A stretch of 64,000 bases of DNA from Squalus acanthias (taxonomy: Eukaryota), in assembly GCA_030390025.1 (NCBI GenBank), contig CM059425.1:43090001-43154000 (forward strand). Reading direction: 5' to 3'. A program made the translations under genes and the position numbers. Positions 23,091 to 36,310 of this stretch are shown in pieces. Each line of letters begins with the position of its first letter. Position 1 is the first letter of the stretch. The notes under the pieces are model-generated. The model searched no databases, had not been told where the DNA came from, and saw nothing but the letters and a program-made list of their open reading frames with translations.

Positions 23091-26000
23091 GAACAATAAT
23101 GGAGCTCTTGACTATTCTAGGCAATAAATCTGTCAATTAGTCCACAATAGACCCAGACATGTGGCGAGGAAACCCCGCCAGTGGTGGAGAGCTTTGGGAA
23201 CCATAGGTCCAAAGACTCCCAAGCATGCTGCGATTACCACACGTCATGTCTCAAATTACTCATATCTTGTATCCCAAAATATTATTTTCTGAAATAAATC
23301 TATCTAACTTGCATTTGAATAAATCAACATTATTTGCTTTCACCGTTTCCCTAGGGAACCTGTTCCATAGAGTGACCACAATGTATGCGAAATCACTGGG
23401 AAAACCAAAATCCTCTCACTGTGTTACAAAGTGGGTCTGGGCCTTAATACATTGAAAATCTAAATCACTCTATTCCAGCAAGATATGTAAAATATTACCA
23501 TTTCTGACATGCCAAAAACATGACATTTTTTAATCGATATTTCAAATATAAATCTTGGTGGACAGATGGGTAGAATAATGTTGATCTGATCGAAGGTCCT
23601 CTGCAGCCTTTAAACCCTATTAGTCTTTTCCCCTCACTCTAGAATGAAATTGAAACCTTATTCAGTTTAGGTCCATGAACAAGAATCCACTATTGTGTGA
23701 GGAAAAATACTACACAAGTAATATTTACTGTTCTGAACTGAAATGAAAAGAAATGATACATTGACTCTAGGCAGTTGTTACTGTCATGATAAAAATTGAC
23801 TATCTTTGCCATGTGGGTCAGTCAAAACAATGTACATATCTCAGTTAATGTCTAATGTCAGAGATAATGGATTCAAACATGTTTTGTATAAAAGCTTTTG
23901 CTACAGTGACTACACTACGCAATTTGTATACTTTTAAGTTCACAAAAGAATGTATTTCTCAGGGTTCTGGGCATTTCATGAATTACAGTAGTGCTGTGCT
24001 GTGCTGTGGCCTCTTGTATTTTTGTGGTAACCCTTTATTTAGAGGAAGAGTTCTCTTGCCCAGAATGTGAACAATTATAAGTGTGTCTCATTCCTTCAGG
24101 TTGTGAATTGTTTTCGGAGATTTTAAAAATGTCAAATTTTAAATGTATTTTTTAAATTACTTTTCCTTTCTGTCTCCTTTTCTCTCTCTCTCTTAATCTA
24201 ATCTTTCTTCCCCTCTCTTTATTTCTCTTTCTGTAACTGATTTGACATTGAATCCACCCACTCTAATTCACCCTCCTTCTTAGTCCTTCCTCTGGTTATT
24301 TCTCAATCTTTTAATCTCATTGGTTAAGGAGATACACTGTTGGTCCTGTTGTTCACCTAGATCTCAGCTGTCCTGTAGCTCTCACCACGCTGTTAACAGC
24401 TCACACTTCCAGCAACTTTGTGGGCTAAATATTTTAAAACCGAAATGTGCACAAACAAGTCTAACTTACGGGGCACGCTCCAGCCCCGCTCCAGCAAAAT
24501 CTGGTTCGGAGGAGAGCCGTCACTGGACCATTCTTGAAAGAGATGCTACAGGATGCGCTGTTGAACCCTCTTGCAGGCACCAATTTGTTTCTGTAGCCTC
24601 CCTGCCTCCCAAAACATGCACTGCACTCAGTGCCTCCCTCCAGCTACCACATTGTTGCCATTGTAATAACCAGTAGCAAAGATGTTGCTTTATTTCCACT
24701 GCTTGTAGCTGGCAAATCGTGTTAGCACCAACACGCCCATTATAGGTACTGTATTTTTTTAAATCAAATTTTAGTTTCTTACGGAAATGGTAACTTATTT
24801 CTATGAAAGAATCTGATGAAAATAAAAGCACAAAGTACTGCTATTTTAATATGTGTTGCGATGAGCAATTTGTAAGTTTGGTAGAGGTAGGATCAAAAGA
24901 TCAAAGCGACCACATCAAAGGGACCGATTTATCAAGAATCTTCTAAATGTTACATTGTGCATGCAATTCTCATTTAAGATGCAACAAAGCTACAGGTATG
25001 CAAATTTTAGCACACTCGTGACATTTAACCATTTGTTGGGTGATGTATATTAATGCTGATGCAAATTGTAGGGTAATGTTGTGAAATGCACGAGAAAGGT
25101 GACCTTCATGTCACTTGCACTTGTGAATTTAATGCACAGAGGAAAATGTTGTCAGGTATTTTTAAACTGGTAAAACAAATGTTGTACAGTGTACAGTTCA
25201 TTGAACTGAAGTCATTAAAGTACCAATTAGCTGTGCTGTTTTTTGATATTGAATGAAAAACTCATCAAAGAAGTTAAAAACCTAGTTAGGATAGTAAGCT
25301 GAACAAATGTTCCTGCATTATACTGATGAGGTATTGCTGGGGTGAATGAGGGATACTCCAGGACAGTGCTGCTCAAATAATGGCAGGTGCAAACAACTGT
25401 AAATATTTGCAAATTTCAAAGGACATTTAACAACCCAACCTGGTTAATTTTGATAATCTGAAAAATGTACAGTGCTAGCTTATGATTGTTAACCTGAAAA
25501 ATTGTTAGATAGTTGTTTATTAAAGGATGTTGACAAAATACCTTATTTTTTTCTTAGCATAGTTGGTGTTTAGAGATAAATTGTTGCTGAGTATGTTCCA
25601 TCTCGAGTCAATAGCAGTGACAGCAGAATGCAGCCTACGTAATCTTAAACCATATGGCAGTCACTGACACTTGATGGGTCAGTGATAAGCATTTGGTCAT
25701 TAGGATCAACCATGAAATGCCTTCTATATAATTGAGGTTACTCAAAAGAACAGATACCTTATCAGCTTTAGCTGTGGGGCCACAGCTTGCTGATGCTCAA
25801 TGTACTGATTGTTCTGTGACTGAGCATATGATTAGTGTATTGAGGCAGTATGTTCCTAATGAAATGGCAGCAAAATGCATATCAGTAACACCAGTGCTGA
25901 AAAATGACTAATGTGGTGTTCTTCAGTGCATTTCACTGTTCAATTAGTACCTATAAACTGTGTTAGAGGCATCAATTTGTTTTAACTCTAATGATCAGAT

Positions 26001-26176
26001 GGGTTCTAGCTAAACATTGCTAGGAAGACAATCTTACTCCTTTTGCTCATTAATTTTTCTCATGTCTCATTTTTATATTGAGACTGGGGTCCAGTGATTT
26101 AGAACTCTGCTGGTGTGTCTTGAATCTGCCTTAATTAGTTTGTTACTGCAGTGATGCCATGTTATCTGTTTACTGT

Positions 26177-26456
26177 GGGGGCAATTTTAACCCTGCTCGC
26201 TCAGCAGAAACCTGGCAGGTGGGCAGTTAAAATCGCCCTGGCTCTTACCTGTCCGAAAGCCGCCATGATCGTAACATCTGCAATTTTAACCCGCTCTCCT
26301 GAGTGGGCAGCAAGGACATGCGCCCGAAGCCAACAGGGGCCTTCTTTACGTATGCATGTTGTGGCCCAATGACATCATTGAGACCCAATGACATCATTGA
26401 GACCCGACTGTAATTTTAACTGAGCGGGGCATCCACCTGGATTTAAAATTGGGGCC
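26177..26456. mobile_element. PIF/Harbinger-like MITE
   Basis: GGGGCAATTTTAAC start and TTAAAATT-GGGGCC end; internal 19-bp tandem duplication 26365-26402. Confidence 0.55.
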
Positions 26457-27884
26457 AATTGTCACTGCATCAACAGTGCAATTGAATAGAAGCTCCAGAA
26501 TTCAGAAGCAGGTTATCTATGAAGGTAGTCCTATCAGACTTTATATCAGTTCACTGCTGACAGCCTGGTAGCATTTCTACTGGTAGCTGGGGAAATTTGG
26601 GGTGGGTGGGGGGGGGGAGGTGCTCATGTCAGTATTACTGGAGAATAAGTGCTGTTGCGACTGATTTAACAACAATAAGCAGACTGGTTTTCTTGTTGGC
26701 CGCTTGCGTTAAACTCTATAACCAATCTGCCAACTGGATAAAAGAGCTAAAGTATTTCCTAAAGAGGACAGACCATGCATTTATCCTGAACTCCATTTTT
26801 AAAGAAAATGCTTTTTACACAGTATGTAGAGTTCATAAAAAATGTAATGCCTCCCTTTTGGCTCAAAGTGTCCTCAAAGCCATTTATGATCAGCACTGCT
26901 GAATTTTTGTGGAGCAAATTTGTGTCTATGTGTGTTACGATTCAACCTACTGACACATGACCTTGAAAAGTAACCATAGTAACAGATGTATCATAAAAAG
27001 GATTATCCATTTCCCTCTATTCCAAATGTAGTGTATAGAACTTAAACTTTGCCCTTGACAATGAATTGTATTAAGAATTGCTGTGGCTTGTTTGCAAATA
27101 AAATGCGTGTTGGGGGATGGGCATTGAATGTAAGGGAAGTGAGAAACAGGATACGTAGATTCTGAGGAAAGTCGGTGTTAAATATTTGTGTATTTTCCAC
27201 CTAGGTTTGCATTTTATACCAAATTATTCACATGAGAACAAGTGACAGCAGCATAATATACCAAACAAGTTGTTATGTACATACTGGTTGACTTTGAAAG
27301 CTAAAGGTCACTGATTCGTATTTAAATAAGACAAATGTGAGGTGATAATGGGCGAGCTGGTCATATTGAATTCACACTAATGGGAGTGTCAGTGGGCTGC
27401 ATGGTCAGAAAGGGTCAGCAACTAATAGCTCAATTCTATACGGCTAGAATACTTCCCAAAAGACATCAAAGGAAGGAAGTTTATTCATCTTATGAATGCA
27501 TTAAAAGACAAAAAGCCACTTCTGCATGAGGTTAATCCCAGGCTCTAAGTAGGTGCGATGGATAGTGCTAAAAGCAAGAAACAAAACATCAAAAATAGAA
27601 GTGACCAGCGTGATCTTGTGCCCTGCACTTGAACACGATGATCTCTGCAGTGACTGTTTTGTGACAAGTTTCAAAGTATTATGTAGTAATATAACCTACA
27701 AAAATTTCAGGAGTATTTAGTTGCAAATCTCTAATTGTTGGGCTTTTGTTTTGTAATCCTTAAGGAAGGGGAAAACGTTTAGCAGTTTAGTTTCTATTAG
27801 GATGTGGTGTAGATTTATTATCCATTAATATTCGGAGTTTTTAACTGCTGTCACTGCTTCTGTCGGTGACAAAATCCTAAGCAT

Positions 27885-28365
27885 TGATATTAAACTCCCT
27901 CCGCCTGCCGTAAACTGGGCAGTAGCAGCCTGAATATGGCGTTAGGTCACTTACCGCCCCATTTATGTTGCCACTCTGCCCACTGCCATCTTGGTAGTGT
28001 TCTGAATGGGCAGCCAGAGTGTCCGCCTGTATCAGGCGGGGTGGGGTGGGGGGGGGGGGCGGGTGCTACTTGTATTATGTGAATCAACGTCCATTCCACC
28101 CATTTTTACTGGGTAGAGAGCGGCCTAACTAAACTTTAAAGGGACCACCTTTGCCCTCCCACCCAACCCCTCCCCGGCTCCAACTGTGGACCAGCTCAGA
28201 ATGGGAGCCAGCTGATTTCATGCCCTCCCAGAACCAGTGAGTTGCAGTGGGATGCTTGTTTGGCGCCTGCAGCTTGCCGTTGCAATGTAAATGAGGCCCA
28301 GGCCTCAAAATGACAAGAACAGACTGTCGCCCGCCCGTTCTCCACCATTAGATAAAATCGCCTCT
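27885..28365. mobile_element. GC-rich DNA transposon-like repeat
   Basis: Shares motifs with 59903-60962 (tttaaagggacca, aatgaggc, aaaatcgcc end). Confidence 0.5.
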
Positions 28366-28399
28366 AATGCGAATATCGTAATTCAGCTACTACCTGAGG

Positions 28400-28750
28400 T
28401 GGCGTACAGTGGTAAGCTGCATCTTCGATAGCAGAACCACCCCAGCCTTCAATGTAAATTCCAGTGTGTTGGGCTATCAAAAGCGAAGGTGGCCAAAAAA
28501 CAGGGCTGTGCACCCACCTTCCAGAAATGCCGGCAGGCTATTTGGCTGCAGAGGGCATCATAGAAAAACTCAATCCTGTCTTCACCCAACGTCCATGCAC
28601 ATGCAACTCCAAAAGAGGAGCGGTGGGGGTCACTGGCTGACGGCTAGGAGCAGGAACAATGGCTGACTTTCCCCTTGTTAGCCCAAGGGTGCTTAGGCCA
28701 ATTGTGTTGCTCCACTGCTGCCCCAGCTGAGGTCAACAAACTGAGTACTT
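28400..28750 (-). mobile_element. Family X SINE-like copy
   Basis: ggctatttg...gggcatca...atcctgtcttcaccc...ggggtcactgg...ggctgacttt. Confidence 0.55.
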
Positions 28751-29659
28751 TCAACATTTTTGATAACTCTTGCGATGCCTCTTTTCCCCTGGTTGCTGTT
28801 CAGATATGTCGATTGGCTTAGCTACTTTTAGATGAGCCCTGAGATGTCAGTGTGATTTAGAGTAAACCAATTTTATCAGGTTCTTATTTTAATTAATTCT
28901 GCATCTTTATTTTTTTTTTGGCTCATTTGAAGGGAAAGTGCCTTGTCTGTTTAATACAATTAGCTGTAATCTAAATGGGGCTTAAATCCTGTTCTCAATC
29001 ATGCAAGTGCATTGTGTAGTAATAGATGTATTAAGATGAGAAACCAGGCTTCTGTTAGCAAAGGGAAGAGGTCAGATTAATTTAGTTCTGGTTGGTTTAG
29101 CATGTTTTCTGAACCATTGAAACTTCCATCACATTACTATTTGCTAAAAATGATATTGCCTACACGATAATTATACTGCAAAACAAGAATGTAAGAAGGG
29201 AATAGCCCAAAATTCTCTAAGGTAACTGATATAATTGAGAGAGAGATACAAATATTACCAACAAGAAGACTGGAGAGGCTTTGTTTTTAAAATTGCGGAA
29301 TACCTTGGTGTTTGTGCTCTGTTATTTTTGCACAAGATTTTTTTTGGGCTTTTTCATTACTTTTATAGCCCCAGCATCACCTGACCAATCTTGCATATTA
29401 TAACAATTAAATTATATGGATGTACTTGTTGCAAATGGAGGTCAGGCGCATAATTTTTTTTAGCGCGCTATGTTATGCTCAGGGGAGAAAGACATGGGCC
29501 CTATTAGCAGGGCTCTAAAATGAGCAACAGAATCACTGAAGGGGCTGTTCTGATTTTTTTATTAATAACAAATTCTCCCAGAAGCAAAAACCTTCCATGC
29601 AAATATATTTTTACAGCAGTAAAAATGTCACATGTGTTTTAATATATATATATATATAC

Positions 29660-29909
29660 CACCTCCAAGTTCCCCTCCAAGTCACACACCATCCTGACTT
29701 GGAAGTATATCGCCGATCCTTCATCATCGCTGGGTCAAAATCCTGGAACTCCCTCCCTAACAGCACTGTGGGAGTACCTTCACCACACGGACTACAGCGG
29801 TTCATGAAGGCGGCTCACCACCACCTTCTCAAGGGCAATTAGGGATGGACAATAAATGCTGGTCTTGCCAGCGATGCCCACATCCCATAAGTGAATAAAA
29901 AAAAAAAAT
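29660..29909 (+). mobile_element. CR1-group LINE 3' end with poly(A)
   Basis: Encodes SKSWNSLPNSTVG...AAHHHLLKGN*, then AATAAA and an A-run; same family as 4785-5430. Confidence 0.8.
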
Positions 29910-29920
29910 ATTGATATGAT

Positions 29921-30170
29921 CTCCGAGTGGCTCAGTGGGTAAATGCATCATCTGGCATACTACCGAGCCAGACAAGGTAAGGAGGTCCTGGGTGCAATCC
30001 TTGATTATGCTGAGTTAGGTGAGCTCAGCTTGGGTGGTGGTTGGGGGATGTTATGATTGGCCTCAATGATCCAGGGCTAGGGAGGGGAGCAATCAGCCAG
30101 GATTCCTGCGCTTGATTGCTGTCCGATGATCTCTGCTAGAAAGCGTGAACATGTTGATGTTGGAATGAAG
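29921..30170 (+). mobile_element. Old tRNA-derived SINE-like repeat (family X, unidentified), 5' part
   Basis: A-box-like TGGCTCAGTGG and B-box-like GGTGCAATCC; body matches the reverse complement of several other copies in the window. Confidence 0.6.
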
Positions 30171-31571
30171 GAGAGAGTTCAAGGAGTTGGAAATGGCACA
30201 GTCCAATGAATCCAAGAAGCACTAGTTGAACTAGTTTAATCACTATTCCACTGATGCAAAACGGATTCAATCATACATGCACCACTACTAGTTGTGGCAC
30301 GTTGAACCACTTCTTGAAAAGCTTGGACACCCCCAGCCATACAGCGTACCCCAGCATGCATCACTTGGGGGGGAGGAAACAATTGGAACTAAAAAAGCGT
30401 AAGCCTTTTTACTGACAAGCTTTTTCTGCAACCATTTTAAGCCTGTCAAAATGAGCACAGCTCTACTGTGTTATCATTCACAAATGATGAGAAATATCAC
30501 ATTAGCAAAGAAAAATGGACAACATTTGTTTGTAGAGGTGCAACATTTTTAAAAATAGTACAAATAGGTACCTTAAAAATATATAAGTGTCAGCCATCAT
30601 TGCTTTCAACACTTGCATAAGTTTCTGATAATGCTTAAATTGTGTAGAGGATAATTTCATTGTAATGAAGACAACCATTAAAAGCATTAATAATAGAAAG
30701 CTGGGGAAATTATTTATGGCTCTGTATATTTTGCATTAATTCTAAAAATTCAGTTTCGCAAAGTGTGTTCATTCAGTACAATATTACATATTGTTGTCTA
30801 GATATTCACTTCAAATGTTGTGTTTTGATAACTGACCAGTTGCCAGTTTGTTTACAATTGTAACTATCTTCACTGCAGTTGTGACATTTTTGGGTCGATT
30901 TTAAAAAGGTATGGTCCCAGTGGGGAGTCTTGACTGCCATTCATTCATTTTAATGGAGAGAAAACTGTGGGCAGTGCATCCAGATTTTTCTGATATGTGT
31001 GACTGGTGGGTGAGGCTTCATGCCAGTACTGCAAATATGTAAAATCGGCCTTTTCATCTTCTCATCTCTGTCCTTCTGCTGTCAGTAGTACTGTATAATC
31101 TTTTGTTTTGTCATCTGCAGAACAAATCTTCTGCCAATTTAATGTGTTCCTGCATAACAAATCCACTTCAAAGAGTGTAAAATTGAGTTCTGACGTGCTG
31201 TATCTATTTATGTTTTATCAAATTTAGCTTGAAATTCCATGTGGGTTGTATTTCAGGTTATATTAGTTACATTAAAGAGAAAATGCTCTGACAACCAGAA
31301 CCTACCACATCTGTTTTGCTTTGGTACTACAGTGATCTTCACTGGTATGTTTTATATTGGTCTTTATCTATCGATATTTCTACCCCTCTGTCGAAATGTT
31401 TTGTGGCTGTGATAAATATTGTTATTTTAATTCCTGGCATCAAAGTCCCTTAATTTGTTTTTCTCCTTTCTGATTGGTTATTTTCTACTTTTGTTATTCA
31501 CTGATCGAAAACCTGCAATTCCCTACCTAATAAATGCCATTGTGGGACAATAATAGAGTAGAAGCCCTTTC

Positions 31572-32300
31572 AGTTGATCTTAACCCTGGGGTTGGTGTGA
31601 GAGGACCTAATGGTCAACTATGTGCCATCTATGATGATGTGCACTCTTGAGGACCTTGCATATGCTAATCAGGGGCCTAACGCCTGTTTTAGGACCTCTC
31701 GGAAATTGGGCTGCCTGAGTGGAGCAGGTGTTGGGCTGGTCTGCTCAGGTTTTCCAGGCATGTTGCTTTGCAAGTGGCCATCACCAAAAAGGTAAGTTTA
31801 ATTTTTTTAAATTCATGTGGAGCTGGGATGAGTAGGAGTGCTCCTCCCAGGTCCGCAGCATTCCTGACAACTGCTGGAGGCCACACTTGGCCCCCTCCTG
31901 TTGTTCCCCCCCCCTCCCCAGCACTTAGCTGAGCACTGCTGCTAGCTGGGCAAGTGGCTCAAAATCGGTTGTCTGAAATGGGTGAGCTGCTCGCGGAGGT
32001 GTGACAGGCAGTGGCAGCTCGTTCACATTAATCAGGTGAGGGCTGAGGCCCAATTTCAGCCAGGCCTCGGGCCTGCCTCCCAATGTTCCCCCAATTTATT
32101 GTTTGGGTGCGCGGCCCCTTTAAGAGGTTGCGTGGCCTATTCACAGTTTCGCACGAAACTTAACATTGGAAAAGCTGGTCCTGGGCTGCGCGGGACCTGT
32201 AGAAAGCTGCACAGCCGCGCAGATTAGAAGAAACATTGCTACCTGCGCTGCGCTGCGTCGAGTCTGGGCCCAAAAATGGCCCCAGAGAATTTCTTCCCCG
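31572..32300. mobile_element. GC-rich DNA transposon-like repeat(s)
   Basis: Motifs ttgcatatgctaat and aggagtgctcctccc like other copies; probably two adjacent pieces. Confidence 0.45.
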
Positions 32301-32822
32301 TAGTGTATTGATTGATTGTTTATGAAACAGACGTTTGTGAACGGTGTAAGAAAGTGCTTTATAAATGCAGCCCTTTTTCATTCAGGTGTACACTTTGTTT
32401 CTGTAGTTGAATATTAGTTTAACAAACTTAACTTTTAATCGCGGTTATGACCAAGGCTGTTTACACCCTGGAACCAACAGTCACATAGTCTGTATCTGTA
32501 CTTTCTTTTGTACATTTTACTACTTGAATTGGTAAATCAAAGAAATCAAACTTGCTGTTGAAATTTCACTGGAAATTTATGCATTGCGAAAAATCCAATC
32601 TGGAAAAATAATATAATTAACAAGGATACTGTATAGGTCAAATCCTTTACATTCAACTCCATTCCTTGATGTTGACTAGTACATAGGTAGGCGGAACACC
32701 CGGAACAGCTGTGACAATAGCAGAAGAAAACGGAAAAGTAATACAGCAGTAAGGTTGAATTCATTTTTTGGTTTTAAAAAGTACAATTTGATTTCCCATG
32801 TGGTTGCTCACAGAGCGAAATA

Positions 32823-33250
32823 AAGAAAAGAAAGACTTGCATTTATAAAGCGCCTTTCACGACCACTGGATGTCCCAAAGCACTTTACATGTAGGAAGCG
32901 CAGCAGCTAATTTGCACATAGCAAGCTCCCACAAACAGTAATGTGATAATGACCAGAAAATCTGTTTTAGTGATGTTGATTGAGGGATAAATGTTTGCCA
33001 GGACACTAGGGATAACTCTCCTGCTCTTCTTTGAAATAGTGCCATGGGATCTTTTACGTCCACTTGAGAGAGCAGACGGGGCCTCGGTTTAACATCTCAT
33101 TTGAAAGATGGCACCTCTGACAGTGCAGCACTCCCTCAGTACTGCACTGGAGTGTCAGCCTAGATTTTTGTGCTCAAGTTTCTGGAGTGGGACTTGAACC
33201 CACAGCCTTCGGACTCAGAAGCGAGAGTGCTACCAACTGAGCCAGGGCTC
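32823..33250 (-). mobile_element. tRNA-derived Deu-SINE (SacSINE1-like)
   Basis: On minus: A box TGGCTCAGTTGG, B box GGTTCAAGTCC, Deu-like core GGTGCCATCTTTCAAATGAGATGTTAAACCGAGG, L2-like tail. Confidence 0.85.
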
Positions 33251-36231
33251 ACACTGAAATAAACGGAAAATTATTTTGTTTCCTGCAATTGTCTCTTTTG
33301 TTCTTAAGTCTTTCTGTGTCACTCTCTCTGCTTTTCAAGTTCTTTTCAACTTTTTTTTTCTCTCTGTATAAGTTTCACACATATTTTCTGGCTCTCTATT
33401 TACCTTTTCCTCCTCCAAGTCTCATCTTCAGTGTGTCTCCTCTCTCATCTATATCACTTTCAGTCTCACTGGGTGGCTCACACATCCCTTTAGTGATGGT
33501 CATAGTTTCTATCTCTTGCCTTTTTTAAAAGCCTAGGTATGCAGCAAGGTAGTAGTCAGTATGTAAAAGGTTGGAGGTGAGTACTGGGAACAAGCAAAAG
33601 GTACTGTCCGGGAACCGGGGGAACATGTGTGGATGAGGGAGAAAATGGCAGTCTGGGGATTCAGGCTGGGTGAAAATGGGAGGAGGATCTGCAGCCTGGA
33701 GGGGTGGGGCCAGGGGTTGGTTTGTGGGACACAGTGGATGGAGGGGGCCAGAGCTTTTGAAGGAGTTGGGTCCTGGGAGTACTTCTAGGGAATGGGATCT
33801 GTCAGTCTTGCTGGAAATTGAGATTTGGCATGCTCATGGCTGTAGTGTAGCCTTATTTTCGCCCTTCAAAATCATGCATTGCAAAATGTTACGACCAGTG
33901 CATGTGCAATGTGAGGCTCTGCCAGTGGTATGGAGCCTCACAAAATTGGCCTTATATATGTACTGTTTTACATACATACAAGAGCGACATTTGCCATGTG
34001 GGGTCTCAGGCAAAAGTTCGGTTGGAAAGGCATGTTTGCAATAGATAATATAAAAATAGTTGACGAAATGATCAGGGATTACCATTGCGTAGGTGCCCTT
34101 TCATTGGATCCGCGCGGGTCCCTGATTGGCTCTAGTCGCCGTTCAATTGCACAGGCTGCAGGGTCCTAGTGCCGCTCCTGCATACATAATATCTACAATA
34201 TATTAAATTTGCACTCTTATTTGAGCATCACCACTGTGACGCACAGCCACTTGTGCACATTTCTACCACCAGGCGGCACTTCATAAGCTCCAGATACTGC
34301 AGATTCCCATAACTATGCCTACAATATCCCAAATGCGCTCCGAGGGAAATTTGCTTTCCTGGTCAAAGCCACAGGAAATCCATAGAGTTACTATGAAAAT
34401 CCAAAGGAAACAAACCAGAAGATCCATATAGTTACTATGAAAATGTACAGAAACACAACTGCTACAGTGAAGACCATGTTGGCTCAAAGAAATGTAGTTA
34501 TAACCATGGTAATTAAAGCTAGGATTTTGCTACATTGATAAAATCATCATGTGAAAGATGTGACAGGTCTGTTTCTCACAGAAGGGTCAGGTCAGACATT
34601 GCTACCGGGTGTATTGTTAGGACATCTGTTTATTTGTTGTCAGTATTGATGGGTAATTAAGGAAACAATAAGTGGAACTGGAGACCAGTAACAATCATGG
34701 TGGCATTTCCTAGCATTTCCTTTATAGTGCTAACTTGATACAATTAGTTTTGAGTTTGGGATTGGTTGCAAAGTTTTATTGTTAATATAATAGCAGGTGT
34801 TGTTAGAATACTGTGGTTGCTAGGATTTATAAAAGTAACTAACCATAGGTTACTGCGATAAGAATGATTTGAACAGAGGCAAATGCTAAATTAAGTGCTA
34901 AATCCGTTTCAATGAATTAATAGGGCTGTACCAGCAAAGCTATGTAAGGCATCGTTTATAAGAAACCATATTGAAAGGCTGCAAACTGTGCTTCTTCAGA
35001 TGGCATTTTCAAATTTGAATCTGAAAATATATCAACACGTACCTTTTGATGATTCAGTTTTTAGATGGAACTAATAGGGGCATAGTGGTCAAAAATCAGC
35101 TTCTTCAATTGAACATTATACTATGTAGGAAAATTTGTAATCTACTTTAAAATGATCAGACTTCAGCACATTGCCATGTGTTCATGAAATCTATGAGATT
35201 CCTATCTTTTGACAAATGCAATGCTAATGAGAAAACAGCAATCAATGTGTTATAGTACCCCTGTGGTCTATTCTTCATGGCAGTTGGAATCACATATTGC
35301 TAAAAATCATCTCATCTATCTCCTTCTCTTTAATCCTACGACCTCAGTGTTGTGCAGCAGTGCTAAATTGTGAAGTTGTTCAGTGCCTGGAGGAACAGGT
35401 TAGGGACCCTCCCTTGACACTTGATCTTTGAGTGTTTCTAGATGTGCCGTATATTACTATCCTCTGCCGTGTGGCTTGCTGTGAAGAAAGAACTCTCCAG
35501 AGCACCTTAAAAGACAGCTCCTATTAAGCATAAAACAGGTTAAGTGAAATGCAGCTACAGATAGAAATCAGAAAAAAGAACAAAGTTGCACAGTGCAGAT
35601 GTAATTATAAGAAGGGGAAAAGCATAAGACTTAAAAATAATGCAGAAATGCTAGGTTCCTTGTTAGTGGACTTAAAAGGATAAGACTGTTATCCTTTGGG
35701 GATTGCTATTCAATCTGGTCTATAGCCATATCCTGCAGTTTGACAGTTTTTTGGTGTAAAGTAAGAAAAGACAAACAAAAAGCCAATGAAAGGCAAATCT
35801 CAGTGTGAATCAAGATTTTGACAACTGTTTCATTTCAAGGATTATGTCAAGGATGCTATTCAAAATTTAAACCATTAGGTTTTACTATTTCACATTTTCA
35901 ATGTCTTCAATACATGAATTCTGCAGTAACTTGAAAAGAACAATAAAGACTTATGAAATGTATTTTTCTGTTTTTAGAATTCTTTTAATCAAAATTTGAA
36001 ATCTGTACTTCTGAATTGTGTTCTTTTAATAATATGTGCTAATCAAGTTAACAGAAGGAAACTGACAGTTGATTCAGGCTAGTGCAGGACTCCATTGAAA
36101 TTATTTTTTTAATTAACTGGGGAAAATGGTCTTCAATTCTTAGATAAAATAACAGGAACTTTATATGCAATTAAATTGTAAGAATAATTTCTTGTAGCAC
36201 AGCAATTGTGATCAGTGGCTTCAGAATAGTG

Positions 36232-36310
36232 CCCATGAAGGAGCAGCCGCTCCGAAAGCTTGTGATTTCAAATAAAGCTGTTGGACTATAACCTGGTGTT
36301 GTGCGACTTC
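36232..36310 (+). mobile_element. Penelope-like pLTR mini-insertion, 5'-truncated inside the hammerhead core
   Basis: ATGAAGGAGCAGCCGCTCCGAAAGCTTGTGATTTCAAATAAA...GTGCGACTTC, nearly identical to 18817-18890. Direct repeat TCAGAATAGTG at 36221-36231 and 36311-36321. Confidence 0.85.

Noticed and set aside
26365-26405. 19-bp tandem repeat with CRE-like dyads
   Set aside because: Slippage duplication inside a MITE; no evidence of function.
33185-33250. tRNA genes (also 49225-49276 and 54000-54069)
   Set aside because: These are tRNA-derived SINE heads continuing into SINE bodies.
34378-34444. 23-bp direct repeat (ATCCATAKAGTTACTATGAAAAT) with a 21-bp spacer, CRISPR-like
   Set aside because: Only two copies, vertebrate intron, no cas genes; a simple local duplication.
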